From: Paramecium tetraurelia
Taxonomy: Eukaryota
Length of the DNA stretch: 64,000 bases
Assembly (NCBI GenBank): GCA_000165425.1
Contig: CT868207.1
Span: 372,001-436,000, forward strand
Direction: 5' to 3'
Shown here: positions 52,401-64,000 of the stretch, piece after piece
Numbering within the stretch: position 1 is the stretch's first letter
Layout: each line of letters starts with the position of its first letter
Notes under the pieces: model-generated
Databases searched by the model: none
The model's input: only the letters and a program-made list of their open reading frames with translations
Told to the model about the DNA's origin: nothing
Translations under genes and position numbers: made by a program

Positions 52401-52779
52401 TTATATAATAGTACAAATATGAAGATAAAATGGCACTTTTAAGTAGTGAGGTTAAAAGACATGAATTCAAATCTAAAAAATTGGAAGATAAATCTAATGA
52501 ATTAACAACCCAAGTCGATCATTTAACTGCAGACTTGAATGAGGCAGATTCAAAAATTGTTGAATTGGAAAAAGTACTATATTTACTTACTTTTAGGATT
52601 TAGGTTAATGGAAGTTTGAATATTCAAAATTAAACAGTCTTCAATACAAGATTGATGAATATAGTTTCTTGCTTGTAGTTTCGTTTGCTGAAATTGAAGC
52701 TTTAAGATCTTAAGTTAATTCATTAAATGAGCAATTAAATGGTCATAATAAAACCAAAGTGGCATTAGCATTAGCTTGA
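49411..52779 (+). CDS. Large coiled-coil (cytoskeletal-type) protein with recurring K(V/L)AMLSSEIERL-like motif
   Basis: ATG at 49411 (MSSFRPQSSQVISVKSPSR), tiny introns, about 1000 aa of Q/E/K/L heptads. Ends KVALALA-TGA at 52777-52779. Confidence 0.8.
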
Positions 52780-52816
52780 TGAACATTATATAATAATACA
52801 ATAAACAAATTTATTT

Positions 52817-54267
52817 ATGAATAAAATTCTAAGAGGGTTTTCAACAGTAAAATCAATGAAATTCATCAAAGATAAATAACCAATCATAAAGATTAGTGAA
52901 TTACCTTCTGGAATTAAAATATTTACTGAATAAACTGCTTTTCCATTTGCTTCAGACATTGGAATTTGTTTCAAAGCAGGATTAAGAAATGAGCTCCCTT
53001 CAGAAACAGGATCATTATTTAGTCTAAACTAACACATGTATCATATCTCAGAGAACGATTGTCTTGAAAATTTGTAACTATCTAAGCTATTTAGTGAATA
53101 AACACTTCGAACAGGATGCATGTTGGATTAAACTTATGACTCAGAATTATCTTATTGGAAGTGTTAATTCATACAGGAAGACTTTGATATGATTGTAGAT
53201 GTCTTATTGAAATTGGCTTTAACAACCAAGAGAATTGCAAAAGAAACAAGAGATTAATTTAGCTAAATGAGTATTCCTTAAGAAAGAGTATTAAATCGAA
53301 ATATTTAGATGACTGTAGATGAAGCAATAAAAATGGCTGCGTTTGGAAAACATCCATTAGCAAATGCTAAAACATCTGCTTAAATACTGCCAAAGTAGGA
53401 AGACTTTTCAAGATTTTGAGAATAAATGCTTACTAGTTAAGACATGATAATTGGCTATGCAGGAGTTTGGAGTCATGAATAATTTAGAGAGTACATTGAA
53501 AGGAAATTAGTTAATCATTAATAATGTAATAATGTCAAAATAATTGGTAGTTTTCTAAAGACAATTAAGGAAATAAACAACTCCAGAATTCCTTTCTCAA
53601 GCTTATGCCTTAAGTGATGAAAAAAATGATTCTATTGATATTGCTCTACTTTTTAAAGGGAATAAATGGAGCGATAAAAATATGGCTACTTAGCATATAT
53701 TGAATTAAATTTTAGGATCTTCAAGTATTTATAGTATCTCATAGGTTCCTGGTCAACTGGTGGTCCTGGAAAAGGAATGAGGTCAAGAACAACACTCAAT
53801 CTAATGTAATCAATATCGTCTGTGGAAGAGGCTTCAGGTGTTTCATAATTGTTCTCTGATGCTGGTATATTTGGTTTGAGAGTTCAAGGACCTCCTACTT
53901 CAAAATAAGAACTATATTCATGTTTAATAGATGAATTCAGATAGTTAGGATAGCCAATGAGTGATGAAGAATTTCTTAGAGGAAAAAACATAGCTATAAC
54001 TTTAATAAATTTGAATTTAGAGAGATAAGCAGATCGACTAGAAGAACAAATCAAAACTGTAAATGATTCAAATTATGTAAGACATTCTTGATGGGATAAA
54101 ATGCTGTACCGCTTTATGAAAGTTTGCTTGAAAGTGTCACTAAAGAAGAACTTTAAGATTACATAAAGAATCTTATAAATAATTCTGAACCTACTCTCAT
54201 GTACTACGGTAAAAACGTATAGGATATTCCAACTCTTCAACAAATTAAAAGAAATTTGAGAAGATGA
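52817..54267 (+). CDS. Mitochondrial processing peptidase alpha subunit (M16B, non-catalytic)
   Basis: Basic presequence MNKILRGFSTVKSM, ISELPSGIKI, the alpha-subunit Gly-rich loop SWSTGGPGKGMRSR and FSDAGIFGL. No HxxEH motif. TGA at 54265-54267. Confidence 0.88.
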
Positions 54268-54517
54268 TAAGTATAGTATTGTTTAATATATATATATGTA
54301 TTTTTTTATCTTTAAATCATAATTTTTGGCTTATATATTTTGATTAACAACGATTATCTGCAAATTTTAAGACAAAATCTATCTCTAAACGAATTAGAAT
54401 CCTATTTTGAATTAGCTAATATTTACAATTACTATTAATAAATAGCATTTAAGTTAACTATCTTATTTTAATTAAAATATTAAATAGAGTCAATATATGA
54501 TTGAAAAATTATAGTTG

Positions 54518-57500
54518 TCATTATAATCGTGGTAATTTGACTTTAGATCTACATTTAATTTCCTTAAACTTTTATGAGCGTTCATCTGTGATATCATAAA
54601 TCTCTAATACAGTAACAAATCTTGAGGCAGCATTACATTCAGCCTTTATAAATAATAAAATAATTTACTTCTGATAAGAAGATTTTCGGATCTGAATTGC
54701 AAATTGCCTTGCTTTTTAAGTTTTATTTGTACAATTTCTCAAATAATTGAGGATCTACTTTTTTAGCTTGTTTTTGTACTCCACTTTTAAATAAAGGTGG
54801 AACTTATGTAGATTTCCCTTAAGGAGTCAAATTACCACCCTTGCTTCCAAATTTATAATTTTCTTAATAGTCTGAGTGTTATTATTTTAATTCTTTAACT
54901 ATATCACTTTAATTAATCAAACTATCCAAATTCATTTATTAGTTTCCTCTTTATGAATTTGGATGTTGATCTTTGGATTGCACCTTATATCTTGACAAAA
55001 CTTATTCTAACCTAATTTTTTGATTGAATTATGGTGGGGCCTATTAATAATTTGAGTGATTATTATTAGCCTCGTCATCCTTTATTATTGGTTTATGATT
55101 GTTTTCAAATTGTTTGTCTTCTTCTAATTGTCCATTCTACACTTTAAAATGTCTATTGTGAATTCCTTATTTAACTTATTTTTCATGTACTTCCTTCTCT
55201 TTCATTTTGACTTGGTCAAATAAAGTTTTAATCTTCTATTCGTATTTTTCATAATATTCTTTAAATCCTATTTCTAACTTCCATTCAGGATTACTCTTTA
55301 GAGTTGTTAATTTAGATTAATCTATCTTTTCTAATTAAAAAAAGGGATTGAATTCTTCTTGAGGAGATTTAATTAATCCAAGAGGATCTTAAATCTTCTC
55401 CTCTATATATTAAATTTACTGTGCTTAACCAGTTTATTCCTCTGATTATTGTTATTGTATAAATTAAGTGTATTTGAGATCTACTCTCTCATTTAATTCT
55501 ACATTATAAATCTCCTCCGTTCCACTTCTTTTAAGGGCAATAGGCCTTGGTTCTTTTCGGTCATAATTTTGTTGAAATGAATCTATAAATTTACCAGTTT
55601 CTGCATCCCATAATTTGACTTTCTTATCAAAAGCAGTAGTGATGAGAAAATCTTCTTTTTCTACGTACTCTAAAGATTTAATAACTTCATAGTGAGCTCT
55701 AGTAATCCATTTTATTTTAACTTCTCTTTAAGCAATTTTAGGTAATACTAGCATTTGCCTTGCATTTTAGGTAGTTTTGAGTCCCTTAATTCTTTTTGTA
55801 GCAACATCTTCCTTATCTTTTTCATTGACAACATGAATCAAAAAATCTACAAGCCAATCAACTTCAAAGCATTTAATAAATCCTTTATCATCACTTAAAA
55901 AAAGCATCTTTTTTTCATAACTGAAAACTGCATTTGAAATTCCTAACAATTAACTAGGAATTTCAGGATCCACATTAGTAAAAGTAAATATCTTGACAAA
56001 TCTATGCAATACAGGAGGCATGGACATAATTGAAATTCTTCCTTAACTATTTGTAACAAACATAAATGGTATTCCTTTAATTAAATTGATAGAAGTAATT
56101 TCTTCGCCTTATTTGAATTCATTGGCAACTCCATGCAATTTATTTGTATCAGTTTCATAAAATCTAATCTACCCAGAATTAGTTCCTGCCAATAAATGTT
56201 TCATCATAGGATCATAATTTAAGTATGTTAGTTAACCATCTTAAATTATAAAAGCTCGCAATAATTCACTTTCTCCAAATTCATTATCTAAACTCATAAA
56301 TACATTATTATCCATTGATCCAGTAAAGAAAGCTCCAATATCTGAGGCATGAACAATAGTAACTACTTCACCTGAATGCTTTGGAAGATTCTTGATTTTT
56401 GCTCCATTAATCACATTAAATAATGCCACTGTTCCACTGCTGTCTCCAATAATAAATCGTTTATCCAAATTATCTAACTTAAATGCTGTAATTTCAGTTG
56501 TAGTTATATCACTATATATCTTCTTCACATCACCAGTTAGAGCATTCCAAATTTTTATCTTAGTTCCTGCAGGCGTAAAGAATGCCATTTGATTTTCTAT
56601 GAACTTACAACACACAGCAACATAATCATCTACTGAATTAGGATTATAATTCTTATCGTATTCATAAGAATAAATTGATCTACCCCCGAATATCAACTTT
56701 AATGGCTTAGGTATATAGCATAAGCTTGATGGGTTAAACTTATGTTTTTCATCTTGTGTCTCTACACTAAATTATTAGACACAATTAAATTTTTTTGTAT
56801 CCCAAACCTTTACGATACCTTCCTAATCCAATGAAACTATCTAAGAAGTTCCTTCTATTACTAAAACTCCAATTACTGGACTGCTATGTCCTTAGATTTT
56901 AAAAATCAAACTTTCAATATACGGATTCCAGACACATAAATTATGGTCAAATCCAGCAGAAAATAATAATATTAGGCTCTCATTAAATGCTAATGATACT
57001 ATGCCTCTTGTATGTTCTTTATATGTTCGCTCTCTTTTTTTTGATAAGGTATTCCACAAAATTAAATTATGATCTAAACTAGCTGATGCCATAAACTGTA
57101 ATTTTGGCATAGCAATCATGTCCATTACCACATCAGTGTGACTAATATCTTCAAATTAAATTTCAGTATCATTTTTTAAGTTCCATATGTTAATTTGACC
57201 TTCTTTTTAACCACAATACAAAATTTCATTTATCCCATCCCATGTCATACTATAAATGTCGTTGTTAAAATGATGTTCTATCATTTCCTCATCATTATCA
57301 GGTTAATTGGCTTAAACAAATCCTGAGGATTAATATCTCCACCCTCTCACATAACCATCGTGAGTTGATGTCAATAGTATTTGATACTTAGGATCATCAA
57401 TATAAAGCATTGCCAAAATTTATGTTTTTTTCTCTATTGTGTCTTCCTTCTTTACAATAATAAACTAGTTCTGAATTAAGTTTATATACATTTTATTTAT

Positions 57501-58139
57501 CTTTATCCTTTTTTGCTTGAGTTGTCACAACCTTATCACTGATAGGAACAATTTTTAATGGTTTCAAACCGAAACCTCCATCAGGTGTCATAAATTGAAT
57601 TTCATCACTTCCTTCTTCAAAAAATGCAATTTTATCTATTTCCTTAATGTAGATTACACGAGTGATGATTTATGTGAATTTTTTATATGGTTTCATATTG
57701 GATTTTGTGTAAAGTTTGATTTCATCTTGTTTAGACTTAATATTATTTAATACTGTTGCTTTTTCAATTATGTAGTTTGTGAATTCTTCCCATTCTAACT
57801 TCCCATTTCCATTTAAATCAATCTCCTCAAAAAGATTAACAAGTTATCTTATTATAATATTATCAAATACCTAATCAACTTAATATCTCTATTTGAAATT
57901 TCTAATTGCCAACTTAATAAATGTTCCTTAACAACTAAAATGAATTCTGTCACTTCCATAGATCCTTATCGTATTAAAAATTCTGTTCTCAAAACATTAA
58001 TTGTGAATGGATCAAAATTCAGTGTAAGATCCGCTAACAATGTTTCATCAGTATGTAAAATTTATTTATATGTTGAACGAGGAGAATAGATTGGCACTGT
58101 GTGATCTAACTTCGATAGTTTTTTGATTTGAGTTGTCAT
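54518..58139 (-). CDS. EF-hand + WD40-repeat protein (EFCAB8/WDR49-like architecture)
   Basis: EF-hand FEEIDLNGNGKLEWEEFTNY (~57780-57830) followed by WD repeats (HTDVVMDM..ASASLDHNLILWN, FSAGFDHNLCVWN, TTAFDKKVKLWD). ATG at 58139, TGA at 54518-54520. Confidence 0.85.
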
Positions 58140-58455
58140 TTAATATTAATTATATAAATTAATCATATTTTAATACCAAATTCTTAATAATTCTTTGTGT
58201 CAAATCGAAATACTTTGTGATCAAGGTGAAAGAAAAGTATAATTTTGATAGCTATTCTGGTCTACTCTATAAATATAATTTAAGAAATAAAGTCATACTT
58301 TATGGTTACTTTAAGTTCGTTAAAAAGTATGTAATAATTTACTAATTCTATTAAATATTTTAGCTTTCTATAAATCTCCATTTCTATTTATATTTTATTT
58401 TAAGTAATTGAGAGCAATTAATTCAAATAACAATAATATATTTATATTAAAAAAA

Positions 58456-59637
58456 ATGTACCAATCAAAAGTCAAAAATTACTCAATTATGAAAGAATTA
58501 GGCAAGGGAGCTAATGGATAAGTATATCTTGCGATTAGAGATGAAGATAATTAATAATATGCTTTAAAACTATAATAATCTGAAATTACAAAGTATGAAT
58601 TAGAAATTATAAAGTACATTTTACTCATTTATTTAATAGAGAATTAAGAAATTATGATCTAAAAAATGTAGTAAGAAGTTATGAGTATTTTGAATATCAA
58701 CAAGGTTTTATGGAATACTATTGTATTGCCATGGATTATTGTGATCAAGGTGACCTATAAAATTTTCTAAAAGTGCATCGAAACTCTGCTAAAATATAAG
58801 AAATAAGAGATATGATATTTTAAGTAATTTTTATTCAATTACAAGATTGCCTTTGGAATATGGGAGCTACATTAATTCAACATCATTCATAGAGATCTCA
58901 AACCATTAAATATATTAATGCACATCCAAGATAATGAGCTCTTCCTAAAAATATGTGATTTAGGCCTTTCAAAAATATCTAAAGGCATCGATTAACATAC
59001 AGTGAATATAGGTACTCCTTATTACATGGCTCCGGAGTTAATATAAAATGATGATGATTTAAATTATGATAGCTCTGTTGATATTTGGGCTTTGGGAGTG
59101 ATTATATTTGACTTTTTCTCAGAAGAATAGCTTTTTTCTGGAAAAAATATAAATAACATTTTTCAAAATATTAGAAATTCAGATTTTACACATAAATTAG
59201 ATAAAATTAAGGATAAGGAGTTGAGAGAAATTTGTGAAAAATGTTTAAAAAGGGATCCCAAATAAAGGGTAAAAGTTGAGGAGATACTCGATTGTTTAAA
59301 TAAATAAAAATTTGAAAATTATTAAAAAATCCTCCACGCTGAATCAAATTAAATAGCATAAAGTTAAATAAGAATTAGCAATACTATCACTCAAAATTAA
59401 TAAGATCCAAAATATATCTAATCTAAAGTTTAGCAGCCTAGCTAAATACTTGAATAAGGTTCATAATATCATAAACAATAAATTTAGTTGCAAGTTTCGA
59501 TTTTATCAAAAATAAGGGATAAAAAGTTTGCCAATTAATTAGTTTTTATGTTAGGTGAAAAAAACGAGGCTGAAATTTTGAAAGAATTAAAAATAAAAGG
59601 AGACTAGCTGATTGAAAATTCATAAGCATAATAATGA
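58456..59637 (+). CDS. Ser/Thr protein kinase with Gln-rich tail
   Basis: Motifs LGKGANGQVY, YALK, IHRDLKPLN, ICDLG, GTPYYMAPE and SVDIWALG. Tiny introns at ~58614 and ~58824. TGA at 59635-59637. Confidence 0.9.
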
Positions 59638-60145
59638 AGTCTAAATTTTTGTTTGCAAATCTGATTTTAACTCTATCTAGCTTTCGACTTAAAATTATAA
59701 ATATAGTCACCAAAAATAGCAAAATAATTTATAGAAAGCCAAAGCGATCCTCTAAATATTTTTAATTTAATATTTTTTCATTAAATTTATTAATTAGTCG
59801 TTATCTGCCTTCATGTCGAGATTCTGTACCTTGCTATATCATTTTGGTCAATTCTAAAAATACATTAAACAAATTTAAAACATAAGCATCTAATAAGAAA
59901 TTGATATACATGGTTAATTCTAATGTTACTTTAATTTCATTACAATTTAATGGTAAAATATTATCTCATGTTTATTTCTCCTCTTACTTTTCTTCATTTT
60001 ATGGTAGCCCAAATTCTAAGAATATAGAACAAGAATCAATTTTATAAGTAAAAAGATACTTAATACGTTTTAAAGATAATTATAATATAATTTCTTTATT
60101 TATTCCAAATAAAGAAATGAAAAATTGGTTTCTCACAAAATTTTT

Positions 60146-61157
60146 TCAAAGGAATAGATTCTATTTGAGTTCTTCTCTTTCCATAAAAGATTCATTTAAC
60201 TAAATTATTTAAATAATTAAATACATAGCTTTATTGTTAACTATATTTAAAACTGCTATGACTTAATCTTCTTTATTTATTGAATGCTGCAGGTGTGTAA
60301 TAGTAATCATCACTTAATTTTAATATAGGAATATTGTTTACTTTTCATATTTCTAAGGAGTTTAAGTCCATTGTAGCATATATTATTTATTTGAATTAGC
60401 ACCATCCTTTTGCTACTTTTTGAAAAGAAGATATTTTTTATGCATTCGATTTCTTCTAGGATGCTTGAGAATTGTTCTTATTTTTGAATCGTTCTTTAAT
60501 TAATAATCAATATTACATAATGCTACTTTCTTAAAGCAGTGCTCTCTTTGCTTTAAAGGACTGGTTATTTTTTAGGTTCTTCATTCTCTTCCTCTGAATC
60601 TGTTATCAAACTAACATAGGTTTTATTTAAAAAAATGATTTCAAGAGCCTTTTTTTCAAATTCAATCTGAAACTGATCAAAATAAGAAGGTCTTTCTTCA
60701 TAAAATTATAAAATACAACCCTTTTAGAATAAACTATTATTTAATATTCTATAGTTTTTCAATGAATTCTGAGATTCTCTTCTTCATACCTGAATTCCAA
60801 TGATTTTTTATTGCATTATCTGTTCTTCCTTCCAAATGTTTAGCAATTTCTGCCCATTTATTACTAATTGCTTTATGATATAGAAATAGTATCCATTCTT
60901 CATCAGGATCCCAAGGTTATTTTTTTATTAGTGGATTCAAATGGTTATGCCATCTAGTAATATTAAAAATATGATTATTACCTTTCTCTGCATTATTTTC
61001 CTATTCTTCCTGGTAATTTAGAAGCAATAAAAGTCCATTTATGAGGACCATGCAATTCAACTAACTATATAACTTGTGAATCCTCATAATCAGTCCAAGG
61101 TTCTAAAATTTGATAGGAATAAATACTTTTTTTTGTTTTCTCTATTTTCTTTCTCAT
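60146..61157 (-). CDS. Two-repeat (R2R3-type) Myb transcription factor
   Basis: Repeats [38 protein letters not shown] and [33 protein letters not shown]. Several tiny introns. The start (61157, or in-frame ATG ~61217) and the 3' end are less certain. Confidence 0.88.
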
Positions 61158-61714
61158 TTTTATTTTTTTGAATTAATTTATTTAACTGATTAATAATACT
61201 TCTAAAATCAAATACATTATATATTCAAAAAGATGAAATTTGACTAAGTAATCAGTAGTTTTATTTTAATTAGTTCTTGTCTTAGAATTAAATTGAGCTT
61301 TGATAATTTGTACCATTCATCAAAATGATTAAAATACAGATTGCAATGCTAATTCTGTGTTGATTTGAATTTTAGTAGTAATGCCCATTTTTGGTTTAAT
61401 GATTGATAGTATTATGATACTAATCAACATAAATATTCAGAATTTGAAATTCATGAATAGCAGAGATATCAAATGAACAAGATTTTTTAATAGAATTTCA
61501 AATTCTTATAGCATTTCTTACTATTGCCTACCAATTATTTTGAAAAGAATCATGCAAGATTCTTAATTTAGATTTATAAACATATATAATAAATATGAGC
61601 TGTTTTCTCAATCTGAATGAAGAACACTTAAATATTAGAAAATGGGAAATTTAGAAAAGTATTGGATTATCTTAAATGAGCTGTGCCGTGACCTTTTGAC
61701 TCCTTCTATAGATT

Positions 61715-61818
61715 NNNNNNNNNNNNNNNNNNNNNNNNNNNNNNNNNNNNNNNNNNNNNNNNNNNNNNNNNNNNNNNNNNNNNNNNNNNNNNNNNNNNNN
61801 NNNNNNNNNNNNNNNNNN
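61715..61818. other. Assembly gap (N run)
   Basis: 104 consecutive N. Confidence 1.
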
Positions 61819-61822
61819 GACG

Positions 61823-62985
61823 ATGTCTAATCCTTCACACCTCAAAATTAATTCTATTGTATACATAATATAAGCGCCTCTTGGATAAGGCACATTTGGT
61901 AAAGTTTATAAGGCTCAGTAATTCAGTTCCAAAAAGGTAGTTGCCATTAAAGTTCAAAATCAAATTAATGAATCTGAGAAGGCGTTGTTATTATAATTTA
62001 AAGAAAAGAATTTCAAAAATCTTGTGAACATTTACGATTATGAAGAATAACACAATCACACTTATATAGTGATGGAATATTGTTCTCATTCACTTTACGA
62101 TCAAATTCAAACAAACACAATTAATCCAAAAGATACAAGATACGTATTCAAATAAATCTCAAATGGCTTATATGAGCTTCATTCATAGGGTTTGGCTCAT
62201 AGAGATCTAAAACCAGCAAATATACTCATATGTCAACTCTAGGATCGTGGCCATGTGTAAGAAATGTATAAATTATGTGACTTCGGAACTTCTAAAAACT
62301 CACAAAGATTAACAACAGCATGTGTTGGTACTCCTTATTATCTAGCTCCAGAATAATTATAATAATAAACGTATGATAAAAGTGTTGATATATGGGCTTT
62401 AGGGGCTGTTATGTATGAATTATTTACAAATACTCCTCTTTTTTCAGGTATTTATATATTGATTATGAAGGTTCGACTGTTCTTCAAATTTATGATAAAA
62501 TTAAAAATTATGAAATAAATGCATAAATTGATAATCTTAATGATCTAGATATTAAGTATAAGAATTTACTAAAGAGTATGCTAAAGAAAAACCCATAAGA
62601 GAGAATTAGTATAGAAGAAATACGATAGAAAATAGAAGAACGGGTTTCCATGAGTGTTGAAAGAAAACCTTAAACTAATCCAGCTAATTGCTAATTTAAA
62701 GAGTTAAAATCATTAAATCTATCTAAGCCAATTAATATCCCAGGCTAAATTCAAGGCTAAAAGCCTCCACTTAATTTAAATGTCTATCCTAAGAAATAAC
62801 CTTAATTTTAATAACCAAATAACACTTAACCTCCTATATTGTAAAACCAACTTTAAAATTTCAACCAAAATACTTAAACATAGAACTAGAATTTAAAATA
62901 ATTCCAAATTCCATCAGAATTTTAATGGTAATAACGTAGGTCTGTGCCAGAATTAGCTTAAAACAGTTCTAAGATAGGAAAATGA
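61823..62985 (+). CDS. Ser/Thr protein kinase with Q/N/P-rich tail
   Basis: Motifs LGQGTFGKVY, VAIK, AHRDLKPAN, LCDFG, GTPYYLAPE and SVDIWALG. Intron at ~62447-62470. TGA at 62983-62985. The start abuts the N gap. Confidence 0.9.
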
Positions 62986-63054
62986 TAAAATTGTAAATGA
63001 TATTATATTTCTATAAAATGATAAAATTTTTTATCTTATGAGAATAAACTTAAA

Positions 63055-63544
63055 TCAAGAGATGGTGCATTTTTGACACCAACGACAGCTGGAATTCTAA
63101 TCTCCCTCGACTTGAACAACCTCAGGAATAGTGATTTCATAAACTAACACAAATTAGTATAACATTTTACAAACTTCCTCAATGTACTTTTTATCATAGG
63201 GTATTGCAAAATGCTTTTCTATTTCTTATAAAACATCTTCAATATGAATTATTAGTGTAACTATTTATTCTCTATTATTTGTGTCTGAATTATCTATGAA
63301 ATCTTTCATTTGTTGCATTTTAAATCCTAAAACTTCTGCATATATTTTGCTTTAATTTGATAATAAATTACTTAATAATGGGTTCATATTTGATAATAAC
63401 CTAATTCAAATGATTTCTCTCTTCGTATGCTTATTTAATTGAACTAATAAATGTTTTTGAACTCTTCTCTGCAAATTCCTATAAAAGACTTTGGGTTATA
63501 TTTTTTTATTGATTTTATAATTTATTGATATTCAATATTTTCAT
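63055..63544 (-). CDS. Small hypothetical protein ending in a CaaX box (…CRWCQKCTIS)
   Basis: ATG at 63544. Introns of 22 and 27 nt give a continuous frame ending SSCRWCQKCTIS-TGA (63055-63057). Confidence 0.65.
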
Positions 63545-63583
63545 AATAATATTAAATATTATTAATATTAATATTCGTTTTTA

Positions 63584-64000
63584 ATTAGAGCAACATCAAT
63601 ATTGTTTTTACTTCTGATAAATAATATTATTTGCACTAAATCAATATATGAAATATCATAGAATGAATATGGAAGAACAGTACTGTAAGCAATCTAATTA
63701 ACTTTCAATGAAGAACCAGCCTCATTTGAGAAGACTATTGATTATACTATAATAGTTAAAAAAGAAATCCAAAATGATTAAGATGAAGATACTGGACTTT
63801 TGTCTGAATAATTGGAAACATGCGAATCTCATATTTCTTCAAATTCATTAACGATCTCAAATTCACAAATCAATTTGGCATAAGCCTAAGAACAAGTAGG
63901 CCCACTAGAATAAAAGTTATTTGATAAAAGTCATCAGGCAGAGGATAAGGAAGGTGAGGAATAGAGAAACAAATGATATATTAATAAGTTGATTTAGTAA
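63584..64000 (+). pseudogene. Trichocyst matrix protein-like precursor, apparently pseudogenised; runs off window
   Basis: A hydrophobic signal-like segment RATSILFLLLINNIIC precedes EISQNEYGRTVLQAIQL..EIQNDQDED..C, typical of trichocyst/granule matrix precursors. The expected ATG reads ATT (63584) and there is an in-frame TGA at 63974-63976. Confidence 0.55.

Noticed and set aside
63974..63976. In-frame TGA as selenocysteine
   Set aside because: Not a redox-family context, and the start codon is also lost; the 3'UTR (SECIS) is outside the window.
1..64000. CRISPR arrays, transposons, telomeric repeats, rRNA, prokaryotic defence operons
   Set aside because: No regular repeat-spacer arrays, transposase/RT motifs, terminal inverted repeats, C4A2/C3A3 tracts or rRNA signatures were seen. 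The sequence is almost fully explained by eukaryotic genes.

Overview
This is an AT-rich eukaryotic gene-dense window that reads as Paramecium-like ciliate macronuclear DNA. TAA/TAG encode Gln, TGA is the only stop, and genes are split by tiny 20-30 nt GT..AG introns, so the supplied standard-code ORF track shows only fragments and antisense shadows. Re-reading by hand in genetic code 6 gives about 22 protein-coding genes and 2 likely pseudogenes. The genes encode a DUSP-type deubiquitinase, a TMEM164 homolog, a 14-kb outer-arm dynein heavy chain (gamma/DNAH5-8 type), a UBL-ankyrin-PH-AGC kinase, an EFR3-like protein, a bacterial-type beta-lactamase-fold serine hydrolase, a TRMT2A-like methyltransferase, a PMCA Ca2+-ATPase, a catalytically dead rhomboid, an HP1-like protein, an AP-3-like beta adaptin, a VID27-like protein, MPP-alpha, an EF-hand/WD40 protein, a two-repeat Myb, two kinases and several hypotheticals. 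The pseudogenes are a CTD-phosphatase and a trichocyst-matrix-like copy. No CRISPR array, rRNA, convincing tRNA or mobile element was seen, and no multi-gene novel system is supportable. The best leads are the intron-bearing beta-lactamase-like gene (candidate bacterial HGT), the HP1-like protein with a broken aromatic cage, a 76-nt intron (possible retained IES) and two +1 frameshifts in the dynein, and 10-24 bp intergenic spacers. All family assignments come from motifs recognised by eye, not from database searches.
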